Shown: in pieces, positions 42,061 to 49,003 of the stretch
Numbering within the stretch: position 1 is the first letter of the stretch
Layout of the letters: the number at the start of each line of letters is the position of its first letter
IMG/VR virus record: IMGVR_UViG_3300030202_001124
Location: 1-62,321 of that record
Reading direction: 5' to 3' (one strand)
Length of the DNA stretch: 62,321 nucleotides
Origin: a virus
Lineage: Duplodnaviria; Caudoviricetes
Notes under the pieces: generated by a model
What the model was told of the DNA's origin: nothing
Seen by the model: the letters and a program-made list of their open reading frames with translations, nothing else
The model's database searches: none
Made by a program: the position numbers and the translations under genes

Positions 42061-42651
42061 TTATATTTTTTTAGCTATTTCTTTTTTAACCTGAGAAGTA
42101 ATTTTATACTTAGTAGATAAAGTTTGAACTATTTTTTCTAATCCATCTCCACGCTTTTTAGATATGTAATTAAGAACTTTATCCCAATTACCGTCCCCTA
42201 CCTTTAAAGTGTATGTAATCTCTTTTTTTGGCTCTTTAGGTACGTTAGATTTAGGACTTGCAATATTTACTAAATCTTCGCCTTTAAATATAGCTATACC
42301 TAATCCATGCATGGCAATAGCTTTTGCAGTAGACCTTTGTATGGCAGTATTGACATCCATAGATGTTATTTTAGAGATAGGAATTGAATTGTTTCTGTAA
42401 TCCATTACAGGTAAATAATCAATATGTTCAATGCCATTTACTATTATACCAACTTTTACTGAAGCAGTATTTCCATCAGTAAAATAAGGCAATTCTGTTT
42501 GTGCTGATTCATAAACTTTTCTTTGTGCATCAGGATAAGCCTCTTTAACAAGCGACCAAGCATTTGCCCATGACAAGTAATTAAAATTTCCCTTTTTTTC
42601 CGCCATTCCTTTTACGTTGATGGCAGACAACTTTTTAAAATAATTTTCCAT
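42061..42651 (-). CDS. Sak-type single-strand annealing protein (DUF1071)
   Basis: YLSWANAW, LPVMDYRN, DVNTAIQRSTAKAIAMHGLG motifs. Confidence 0.85.
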   Translation of the reverse strand: MENYFKKLSAINVKGMAEKKGNFNYLSWANAWSLVKEAYPDAQRKVYESAQTELPYFTDGNTASVKVGIIVNGIEHIDYLPVMDYRNNSIPISKITSMDVNTAIQRSTAKAIAMHGLGIAIFKGEDLVNIASPKSNVPKEPKKEITYTLKVGDGNWDKVLNYISKKRGDGLEKIVQTLSTKYKITSQVKKEIAKKI

Positions 42652-43060
42652 TTTGTTTCGATTTTAGTTTATTTAATTTTCTTTTGTTGATTGTGTATTT
42701 GTTCAATATTCTCTCTCGGCTATTTTTTAAGTTCTGTATGTGCTTGTCATTCTTCCGAGTATTGACTTCTGTTTTTATATTATTCTCTATGATATCTAAT
42801 TTATGTAAGCAGTTGTTAATTGCTACTAGAAGAACCCCTTTTTCCCAACCATGGTCGTAGAAATAATCATATTCCTCTAAGGTGCATTCTCTTCCATAAT
42901 CGCCACCCTTAGCTACATTAAATATTTCTATTCTATCTTTAAATTTTTCTATCTTGACTCCTTTACATAAAATTGTTTGACTCTTGGCTTTGTTTAAACA
43001 CACTGCCTTTGGGTCTTCTAACGCTTGTCTATATATATATTCTAAATCCCAATTAATCAT
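42635..43060 (-). CDS. Hypothetical protein
   Basis: Overlapping ORF in the operon. Confidence 0.6.
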   Translation of the reverse strand: MINWDLEYIYRQALEDPKAVCLNKAKSQTILCKGVKIEKFKDRIEIFNVAKGGDYGRECTLEEYDYFYDHGWEKGVLLVAINNCLHKLDIIENNIKTEVNTRKNDKHIQNLKNSRERILNKYTINKRKLNKLKSKQNGKLF

Positions 43061-43349
43061 TGGCTTGAATATCTTTTATAAGTTTATTATAATCAGGATC
43101 AGAATCAATAAGTTTTTTTGCCTGTCTGTATCCATGAATAATAGTGGAATGAGAAACATCGTAATTATAGTCTTGCATAAAACATCTTATATAGCTTATT
43201 CTAATAGGTCTTTCCATGCAAAGAAAATACAACATTTGTCTAGCATCTACTACGTCTCTTTTTTTTGATTTGGTAAACATTTCTTCTAGTGTAAGATGAA
43301 ATTGTTTTGCGATTGCATTTGAATATTTAATAAATATTTCTTTTTTCAT
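43053..43349 (-). CDS. Stand-alone DnaA domain IV (C-terminal HTH)-like protein
   Basis: K.KKRDVVDARQMLYFL...HSTIIHG matches the DnaA domain IV signature R....ARQ.AMYL...DHSTV.H. Confidence 0.75.
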   Translation of the reverse strand: MKKEIFIKYSNAIAKQFHLTLEEMFTKSKKRDVVDARQMLYFLCMERPIRISYIRCFMQDYNYDVSHSTIIHGYRQAKKLIDSDPDYNKLIKDIQAND

Positions 43350-43368
43350 TTAATTTAATTAAAGTTTT

Positions 43369-43418
43369 TACCACCAAAACCCCTTAGCTTTTGACTAAGA
43401 GGCTGGCGCAATTTAAAC
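43369..43418 (-). promoter_or_regulatory. Repeated leader hairpin element, copy 1
   Basis: TTTAAA..CGCCAG-CCTCTTAG-loop-CTAAGGGG-TTTTGGTGGTA, 20 nt before the ATG at 43349. Confidence 0.65.
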
Positions 43419-43502
43419 AAACAAACCTTATTATACAAACAGAAATTCTGTTTCGTATAGTTCTTCTAATTCAGGATCAATAATATACATAAGAATACGA
43501 AT

Positions 43503-43787
43503 TTACTTTATTTTTTTAGCAATTCCTAATGAATTAATTTCATAAAACCCTACTTTCGATTTTTTCATGTTTTCTTCATACTCCTCATCTCCATCAGCAA
43601 ATCCACATGCCTCAGCATCTACGTTGCTATAAACTTTACCTATGTAATTGCCATAAACCCTGAACCAATTTAACTCCTCCGTTATCTTAGCTTTATGCTC
43701 CAGAACTTTGTTAAATTTTTTTGTCAATTTTAACAAATCCTCTTGTGTTTCTAATAATTCTCCGTACAATTCTGTTGTATCTTTCAT
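43503..43787 (-). CDS. Hypothetical early protein
   Basis: Clean ORF; W...Y...I...Y.NVD.EAC.FAD segment similar to ORF 43925. Confidence 0.6.
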   Translation of the reverse strand: MKDTTELYGELLETQEDLLKLTKKFNKVLEHKAKITEELNWFRVYGNYIGKVYSNVDAEACGFADGDEEYEENMKKSKVGFYEINSLGIAKKIK

Positions 43788-43791
43788 AACT

Positions 43792-43932
43792 TTATTTATC
43801 TTCTAAATTTTCGATTAAATTTTGGGCTTCAGTTATTTTTTCTAAAGCTTTTTTTTTGTCTTCGCTTTCTAAAGCATACTCGTCTACTTCCTGATAAACA
43901 TTATCAAGCATTACTATTATATGTCTAGGCAT
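43792..43932 (-). CDS. Small hypothetical protein (likely start MPRHII at 43932)
   Basis: Start overlaps the end of ORF 43925; the longer tracked version overlaps that gene heavily. Confidence 0.5.
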   Translation of the reverse strand: MPRHIIVMLDNVYQEVDEYALESEDKKKALEKITEAQNLIENLEDK

Positions 43933-44215
43933 TACTATCCTCCTCCCTTTTATCAGCATATTCACAAGCATTGTTATAAATGTTTCTATGATTATCCTGA
44001 ACAAAATCCACAAAATTATTAAACCATATATATAAAGAGGTTTGTGAAAACTTCTCTACATCAGTCGGTTCGGTTTCTTTTAAATGAGATATTAATCTAT
44101 CTAAGCCATGAACAACGCCCTTGTGTTCATATTCTGAATGACTATCGTTAACCCATTCAGTATCGTTTTTTAAGTCGGTAGCAATTGCTACAATTCTATC
44201 TAAATTCATATTCAT
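43925..44215 (-). CDS. Hypothetical early protein
   Basis: Packed ORF with ATGA overlap. Confidence 0.6.
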   Translation of the reverse strand: MNMNLDRIVAIATDLKNDTEWVNDSHSEYEHKGVVHGLDRLISHLKETEPTDVEKFSQTSLYIWFNNFVDFVQDNHRNIYNNACEYADKREEDSNA

Positions 44216-44418
44216 GATTTTTTCTTTTTAATTGATTCGATTATAATGTCTTCACATTTTTTCATGTGTTTTTTCATAGGCATGAAATCATCAAAGTCGA
44301 TGTGTTCGTGTCTATCGCCAAATGTTAACGAGATTTTCTCTATTAAATCTTTTGGCGTGAATGTGTCGATGAATTCATCGACAACTTGCTGATCTGTTTT
44401 TTTTACTTTTTTACTCAT
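44212..44418 (-). CDS. Hypothetical early protein
   Basis: AT-rich leader, packed ORF. Confidence 0.6.
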   Translation of the reverse strand: MSKKVKKTDQQVVDEFIDTFTPKDLIEKISLTFGDRHEHIDFDDFMPMKKHMKKCEDIIIESIKKKKS

Positions 44419-44445
44419 AATTTATTATTTAATTTAATTTAATTT

Positions 44446-44745
44446 TTAATCTATTGTTCCTGATGTATTACCTCTTTTTAAATAATACTCTTTTTCTTTT
44501 ACTCTTTCCCTTTGCAATGCTTTTGCATGATTATAAATCTGAGCCTCAAAAAACCCTCTAACTTCCTCCATTATTTCTGTGCCATAATTTTTAAAAGTAT
44601 CGTGAAGAATTTTATCATAGTCATCAAAATCTAAATAATTAATATCTAAATTTTTAGCTATGGACTCTATATCTTCTGTTGACCATATCATTTCACTACC
44701 CCTATAATCTGAATATTGGTAAGTGGTTTTTATTTCTTTACTCAT
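44446..44745 (-). CDS. Hypothetical early protein (likely start MSKEIK at 44745)
   Basis: Start overlaps the end of the upstream gene. Confidence 0.55.
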   Translation of the reverse strand: MSKEIKTTYQYSDYRGSEMIWSTEDIESIAKNLDINYLDFDDYDKILHDTFKNYGTEIMEEVRGFFEAQIYNHAKALQRERVKEKEYYLKRGNTSGTID

Positions 44746-44980
44746 GGTTTTCATGTTTATTATCGTATGCGTATCGCCAAACTTCATCGTGAAATTCATC
44801 ACACAGAAAGTCAATATAAAAAGTGGTTATATCCATGGCGTTTAAACGCACTTCTTTAATTTCTATATCATCTTCAAAAGGATGTTCGTGTGTTTGCTCT
44901 TTCCAATAATACTTATAATCTATCTCAAGATCATAACTTCCCATGTTTTCTTTTATTGTATAAGTTCCTTTTACATTCAT
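44738..44980 (-). CDS. Hypothetical acidic early protein
   Basis: Packed ORF; contains the CGTTTAAACG palindrome (RLN). Confidence 0.6.
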   Translation of the reverse strand: MNVKGTYTIKENMGSYDLEIDYKYYWKEQTHEHPFEDDIEIKEVRLNAMDITTFYIDFLCDEFHDEVWRYAYDNKHENHE

Positions 44981-45240
44981 GATAAATTGAATTTAGCTTT
45001 AAACTTTTTTTCTTCCTCTAATCTTTGATATGGTGTTATTCCCAGAAATTCATCAATTAGAATTTCAAGCTGATATTCTGTTAAATGATGATACTCATCA
45101 TTTCTTTCTGAATTTTCAATAAACGTACCGCCTCCGTCCCCGTCATTCCAAATTTCAATTCCCTTTACGTTTGTTTTACATTCATACCCTACTCCTCTTC
45201 GAGTATTAAATTCTCTGTAACTTGTTACTTTTAATTTCAT
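44977..45240 (-). CDS. Hypothetical early protein
   Basis: TRRGVGYE and WNDGDGGGT motifs; packed ORF. Confidence 0.6.
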   Translation of the reverse strand: MKLKVTSYREFNTRRGVGYECKTNVKGIEIWNDGDGGGTFIENSERNDEYHHLTEYQLEILIDEFLGITPYQRLEEEKKFKAKFNLS

Positions 45241-45443
45241 TATTTAAATGTTTGTTTGATTAGACATAATATCATCCATGAAGTAGTTCCTAAAAGAGAC
45301 AAAATAAATGCCCATAGAACGCCCATAGCGACTCCCTGTAAGAGTGTTTCAATAGTAGGGGTAATATAGATTAATAAATCTATTATAACGTATCCTATAA
45401 AGAACATAACCATAGTTAATAAAATAATTAATAGTTTTTTCAT
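45240..45443 (-). CDS. Small two-TM membrane protein
   Basis: Two long hydrophobic stretches. Confidence 0.6.
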   Translation of the reverse strand: MKKLLIILLTMVMFFIGYVIIDLLIYITPTIETLLQGVAMGVLWAFILSLLGTTSWMILCLIKQTFK

Positions 45444-45445
45444 AG

Positions 45446-45718
45446 TTATTTATTTTTTAATTCTGTTTCTTTTTCAAATTGTGCGTGTTGTTTCCAATAG
45501 GAAAAAAACATTTCAATTTCTTCAATATCTTTTTTAAAGTTTTCATTTTGTCCACTTGCATAGATATTCTCTACTATTTCGTTAACATGATGTTCTACTT
45601 TTTTTAAGTCATCAATTAAAAATTCTTGTAATCTTGGACTGATTAACTTTCTATTTTCTTTTAATAGTTTGGCTTTATCTTTTTCTAGCTGAGCAATTTT
45701 TATTTCTGATTTATTCAT
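45446..45718 (-). CDS. Hypothetical coiled-coil protein
   Basis: Clean ORF with AT-rich leader. Confidence 0.6.
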   Translation of the reverse strand: MNKSEIKIAQLEKDKAKLLKENRKLISPRLQEFLIDDLKKVEHHVNEIVENIYASGQNENFKKDIEEIEMFFSYWKQHAQFEKETELKNK

Positions 45719-45736
45719 AATTAATAATTTACTTTT

Positions 45737-45776
45737 AAAAAAAATGCCGAGGGGTTTGGAGTATCGCCACCCCTCG
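45737..45776 (-). terminator. Terminator-like hairpin downstream of the tRNA
   Basis: CGAGGGG...CCCCTCG stem followed by GCA and T8 on the minus strand. Confidence 0.55.
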
Positions 45777-45826
45777 TTAGAAATTAGTACCCTTTTTTCA
45801 ATACTCGCCTATTTCTACATTTATTG

Positions 45827-45899
45827 TTGCGGGTAAAGGATTCGAACCTATGACCTTGAGTTTATGAGACTCACGAGCTGACCACTGCTCTAACCCGCA
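45827..45899 (-). tRNA. tRNA with CAT anticodon, fMet-like scaffold
   Basis: TGCGGGT/ACCCGCA acceptor, GAGC/GCTC D stem, TGAGT-CTCATAA-ACTCA anticodon arm, GGTTCGAATCC T loop; CCA not encoded. Confidence 0.9.
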
Positions 45900-45907
45900 T
45901 TTATTTT

Positions 45908-46258
45908 TTACCATGCGTCCATATGAACAACATCGCCTGTCATTGCTTTCTTTTTCATTTCCGCCTCTAACAACATATACTCGTCAAACATTTTAGTAAA
46001 ACTTTCTTGCAAGGTTTTTTTACTTCCCTTGATTCCAAAGTATTCTTTTACTTGTGATACTTTCCACCCTCTATGAGGTTTTACATTTAACTTAGTCCAA
46101 AGGGAGACATCTCTTTTTGAAACTATTAAATTGTACTTCGCCAAATTCATTTTCTTTCCACCATTGATACAATTTTCCATGTAGTGCAGAAAATCAGCCC
46201 AAAATTTAGTGTGGCGTTTAAACACCATCGGATAATCATTTAAATTAATTTTAGTCAT
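45908..46258 (-). CDS. Hypothetical early protein
   Basis: KPHRGWKVSQVKEYFGIKG motif; clean ORF. Confidence 0.65.
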   Translation of the reverse strand: MTKINLNDYPMVFKRHTKFWADFLHYMENCINGGKKMNLAKYNLIVSKRDVSLWTKLNVKPHRGWKVSQVKEYFGIKGSKKTLQESFTKMFDEYMLLEAEMKKKAMTGDVVHMDAW

Positions 46259-46494
46259 TTTATTTATTTTAAATTACAGGTGTTTTAATTTGTCTTTGAG
46301 TAAGTGCCACCATTTTACACTTTTTTACTATTTATTTGATAGTTCAATTGTAATGTTTAAACTCGGGAACTCTGACCTTTTACGCGTTGTCCTTTAAGAT
46401 TAATAACTTTTATTTCTAAGTGTTTTAATCTTTTGCTGTCAATTACTTTGCTAATATATAACTAAATATTTATTAATTCCTAATTAATTTATAA

Positions 46495-46806
46495 TTATTT
46501 TCTTTTACCTCTGTTATTTTTTTTCTTCGTTACGTTTAAACGCTCTTTAATTTGTGCTTTGTCGTACTCGTTCGCTGACTTCCACAAACTTTTTCCGATT
46601 CTTTCTAAAAATGTTTCTAATCTTTCAACCTCTGTTTCTTCCATTACATTGTGGTTAGTTAATAAAGATGTAATTTCCTCAATGTTTGTTTTTTTATCTT
46701 TTTGAAGAAAAAAAGTCTCTAAAATTTCGCCGACTCGATCCCTTAATATTGCGGATTCAATTTTAATGTGATTTAATTTTGATAATTCAATATGTTTACT
46801 GCTCAT
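46495..46806 (-). CDS. Hypothetical early protein (likely start MSSKHI at 46806)
   Basis: AT-rich leader before 46806; contains the palindrome (RLN). Confidence 0.55.
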   Translation of the reverse strand: MSSKHIELSKLNHIKIESAILRDRVGEILETFFLQKDKKTNIEEITSLLTNHNVMEETEVERLETFLERIGKSLWKSANEYDKAQIKERLNVTKKKNNRGKRK

Positions 46807-46823
46807 GATTTTATTTAATTTAA

Positions 46824-47051
46824 TTAATAATAATTTATAATTTCTTCGGGTGTCTCGTGGTTTTCCCAAATTACATTCTTTATACTTCGCACTTCAAATG
46901 TTGTTTCTTTTGTCGTGTAATTGTAATGCGGGTAAACGTCAATAAATTTGCCCTTGAAGAATTTTAATAATTCGCTTTTAGTATAGACCGCGTTTAAACG
47001 TTGTCTTTTTGCTTTCTTTACATTGTGGAAAAACTGCGCTTTGTTGCTCAT
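46824..47051 (-). CDS. Hypothetical early protein
   Basis: Clean ORF; contains the palindrome (RLN). Confidence 0.6.
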   Translation of the reverse strand: MSNKAQFFHNVKKAKRQRLNAVYTKSELLKFFKGKFIDVYPHYNYTTKETTFEVRSIKNVIWENHETPEEIINYY

Positions 47052-47068
47052 AATTTATTTATTTTAAT

Positions 47069-47713
47069 TTAACTTATTTTTAATTGTTCTTTTTTCATGC
47101 TTGCCCCGTGTCCCATGTACGCAATTATTTTGTTTTCTTTGCTCCAACAGGCGCGACACTTCAAACACTTTCCGCCATTCTCGTACGCCTTACAGATTTT
47201 GAAACTAGGATTTAATTTTGTTTTGTCGCTTATTATTGTGCTTTGATACTCCGCCCCGTCTATGGTTTCCCCGTTCACACCGTCGGAACTATAACGGACA
47301 ACGACGTTAGGGAGCGCGTTTAAACGCTCTAATATTGGGCGGAACCTTGAAAGTTTGTACATTCTTGTCGGGATCCAATGGAAAACCCAAGGCGTTGCGG
47401 TGCAAACTTCGAGGATTTTTTCAGCTAATTTAATACTGTAAATGTCGCCTGAATCAAACCACCTAAAAAAGCGGTCATTTAAATTCAATTCCTCAGTCAT
47501 ATCTTTTACCCAATCGTCACGCCTCCAATCTTTGCGATTTTCTTCGCGTACGCTTTTGACGTTCTTAAATCTATAATTTCCGCCGACCGCGTAGCAACCT
47601 TTACAGGCGGGAACAAGTTCCCCGTTTTTATCACGGGAGGCGGGGCAAGTGTCCAACGCTTGAAGACTCCAAGATCGACATGGCATTTTCCCCGCTTTGC
47701 TAAATCTTATCAT
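47069..47713 (-). CDS. GP88-like (radical-SAM-related, Cys-rich) protein
   Basis: KMP..SWSL.A..TCP, C.GCYA..GNY.F, RWFDSGD, HWIPTR, C..CRACW motifs. Confidence 0.75.
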   Translation of the reverse strand: MIRFSKAGKMPCRSWSLQALDTCPASRDKNGELVPACKGCYAVGGNYRFKNVKSVREENRKDWRRDDWVKDMTEELNLNDRFFRWFDSGDIYSIKLAEKILEVCTATPWVFHWIPTRMYKLSRFRPILERLNALPNVVVRYSSDGVNGETIDGAEYQSTIISDKTKLNPSFKICKAYENGGKCLKCRACWSKENKIIAYMGHGASMKKEQLKIS

Positions 47714-47735
47714 AATTTAATTTAATTAAAGTTAC

Positions 47736-47786
47736 TACCACCAAAACCCCGCAACGAATGAACGAGGCGAGGCGATGAGGTTTAAA
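47736..47786 (-). promoter_or_regulatory. Repeated leader hairpin element, copy 2
   Basis: TTTAAA..CATCG-CCTCGC-loop-GCGGGG-TTTTGGTGGTA upstream of the ATG at 47713. Confidence 0.65.
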
Positions 47787-47791
47787 AATTT

Positions 47792-48004
47792 TTAGTCGAA
47801 TAATTCTTCTAGTTTACATTTTAAAAGGTTGTTTTTGTCCAACTGGCGCAATGCTTCAAAAATTACATTCATTGAGAGTTTTTGTTCGGATGATGTTAAA
47901 TTAACATTATCTAATTTATCTAAATATTGACCGATTGAATTCATCGCTAATACTTCCGCGTTTGAGAACATTTTAATTGTTTTAACTTCTTTTTGTGTGT
48001 TCAT
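47792..48004 (-). CDS. Hypothetical early protein (likely start MNTQKE at 48004)
   Basis: Leader TTAATTAAAACCCTTAAAAATATG nearly identical to that of ORF 48715-48963. Confidence 0.6.
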   Translation of the reverse strand: MNTQKEVKTIKMFSNAEVLAMNSIGQYLDKLDNVNLTSSEQKLSMNVIFEALRQLDKNNLLKCKLEELFD

Positions 48005-48040
48005 ATTTTTAAGGGTTTTAATTAAAAACTTAATTGTTTT

Positions 48041-48092
48041 TACCACGAAAACCCCGCGCTATTGCTAGGCGGGGCGTCGGGGCGTTTAAACG
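48041..48092 (-). promoter_or_regulatory. Repeated leader hairpin element, copy 3 (includes a CGTTTAAACG palindrome)
   Basis: CGTTTAAACG..CGACG-CCCCGC-loop-GCGGGG-TTTTCGTGGTA. Confidence 0.65.
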
Positions 48093-48095
48093 CGG

Positions 48096-48707
48096 TTAAG
48101 CCTCCGCCATATATCCCGCCTCATTTTGACAAGCTGGGCAAGTAAAATTTGTAATCAAATCAAAGTTTTTGCGCGATGTTCTGAAACTGAACCCGCACCC
48201 GTTTCCGTAATCGTCGGTGCATTCAATTTTTATATTTCGACTAGTTTGCTTTTTGCGTGCGCTGAGTAATATTTCCGCGTGTGGATATTTGCCTAATTTC
48301 TGAGCTATTTTTTCAAGCTCTACAATTAAACCGGGGCTCTCTGTGGTCATGGTCATTCTACCTTCTAAACCAATGGCGTGCGCCATGTCTCGAAATACTT
48401 TTCCGTGACCGTTTTTACAGTCGTCTATCGCGTGGATTAATTCATGAGCCAAAACGCCGAGCGTTTTTATAGTGTCATCATTTTGCGGGCTCATAAAAAT
48501 CTCATTCACATTAGCCGAAGAATGACTGCGCGGATGACATACGCCGAGTGTTAAAAATCTTGATGCCTTAGTTTTACGCGTTCCAAGTGCGAACCCGCAA
48601 GATATTTTAACGTCCTTTGGGATAGTCAAATTTGCGGTTTTAAATACTCCTTTTTGAAGTAAATTTTTAGCTTCGTTAAGCCAATTTTCACGAGTTAATT
48701 TTTTCAT
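48096..48707 (-). CDS. SprT-like zinc metalloprotease with C-terminal Zn ribbon
   Basis: LAHELIHA...GHGKVF HExxH motif; C-terminal Cys residues including CPAC. Confidence 0.75.
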   Translation of the reverse strand: MKKLTRENWLNEAKNLLQKGVFKTANLTIPKDVKISCGFALGTRKTKASRFLTLGVCHPRSHSSANVNEIFMSPQNDDTIKTLGVLAHELIHAIDDCKNGHGKVFRDMAHAIGLEGRMTMTTESPGLIVELEKIAQKLGKYPHAEILLSARKKQTSRNIKIECTDDYGNGCGFSFRTSRKNFDLITNFTCPACQNEAGYMAEA

Positions 48708-48714
48708 AATTTTA

Positions 48715-48963
48715 TTATTTTAATAAGTTAGTATCAACAAAAGACGCATTTTCTAAATCTTCCGTAATAGTGTTAAAGATTCTCATAGATGTACCCATTA
48801 AGCGCCCATCCCAATAAGATGGCGCATAAATTAAATATTCAGTTTCATTTAATTTTTTTACTTTAAAATCTGATAATCTTTGATTAAAAAATTTTAATGT
48901 ATTTGCGCTGAAATAATGAGGCGCATTTTTTTTCGTTCTTTGTTTTATTTCTTGTATAGTCAT
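48715..48963 (-). CDS. Hypothetical protein, first gene of the early arm
   Basis: MTIQEIK...HYFS..TLKFF pattern; preceded by a -7 box. Confidence 0.65.
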   Translation of the reverse strand: MTIQEIKQRTKKNAPHYFSANTLKFFNQRLSDFKVKKLNETEYLIYAPSYWDGRLMGTSMRIFNTITEDLENASFVDTNLLK

Positions 48964-48995
48964 ATTTTTAAGGGGTTTTAATTAAACAATTTAAG

Positions 48996-49003
48996 CAAAT
49001 ATA
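48996..49003 (-). promoter_or_regulatory. -7 promoter box TATATTTG driving the early arm
   Basis: CAAATATA on the + strand about 33 nt upstream of the first early ATG. Confidence 0.6.

Noticed and set aside
45737-45826. Theta/HDV-like ribozyme after the tRNA
   Set aside because: The trailer begins with AT-rich sequence and I could not build the nested double pseudoknot.
43053-49000. Stop-codon reassignment as the cause of the many short ORFs
   Set aside because: Long conserved genes are intact in the standard code, the short ORFs have their own leaders and overlaps, and no suppressor tRNA was found.
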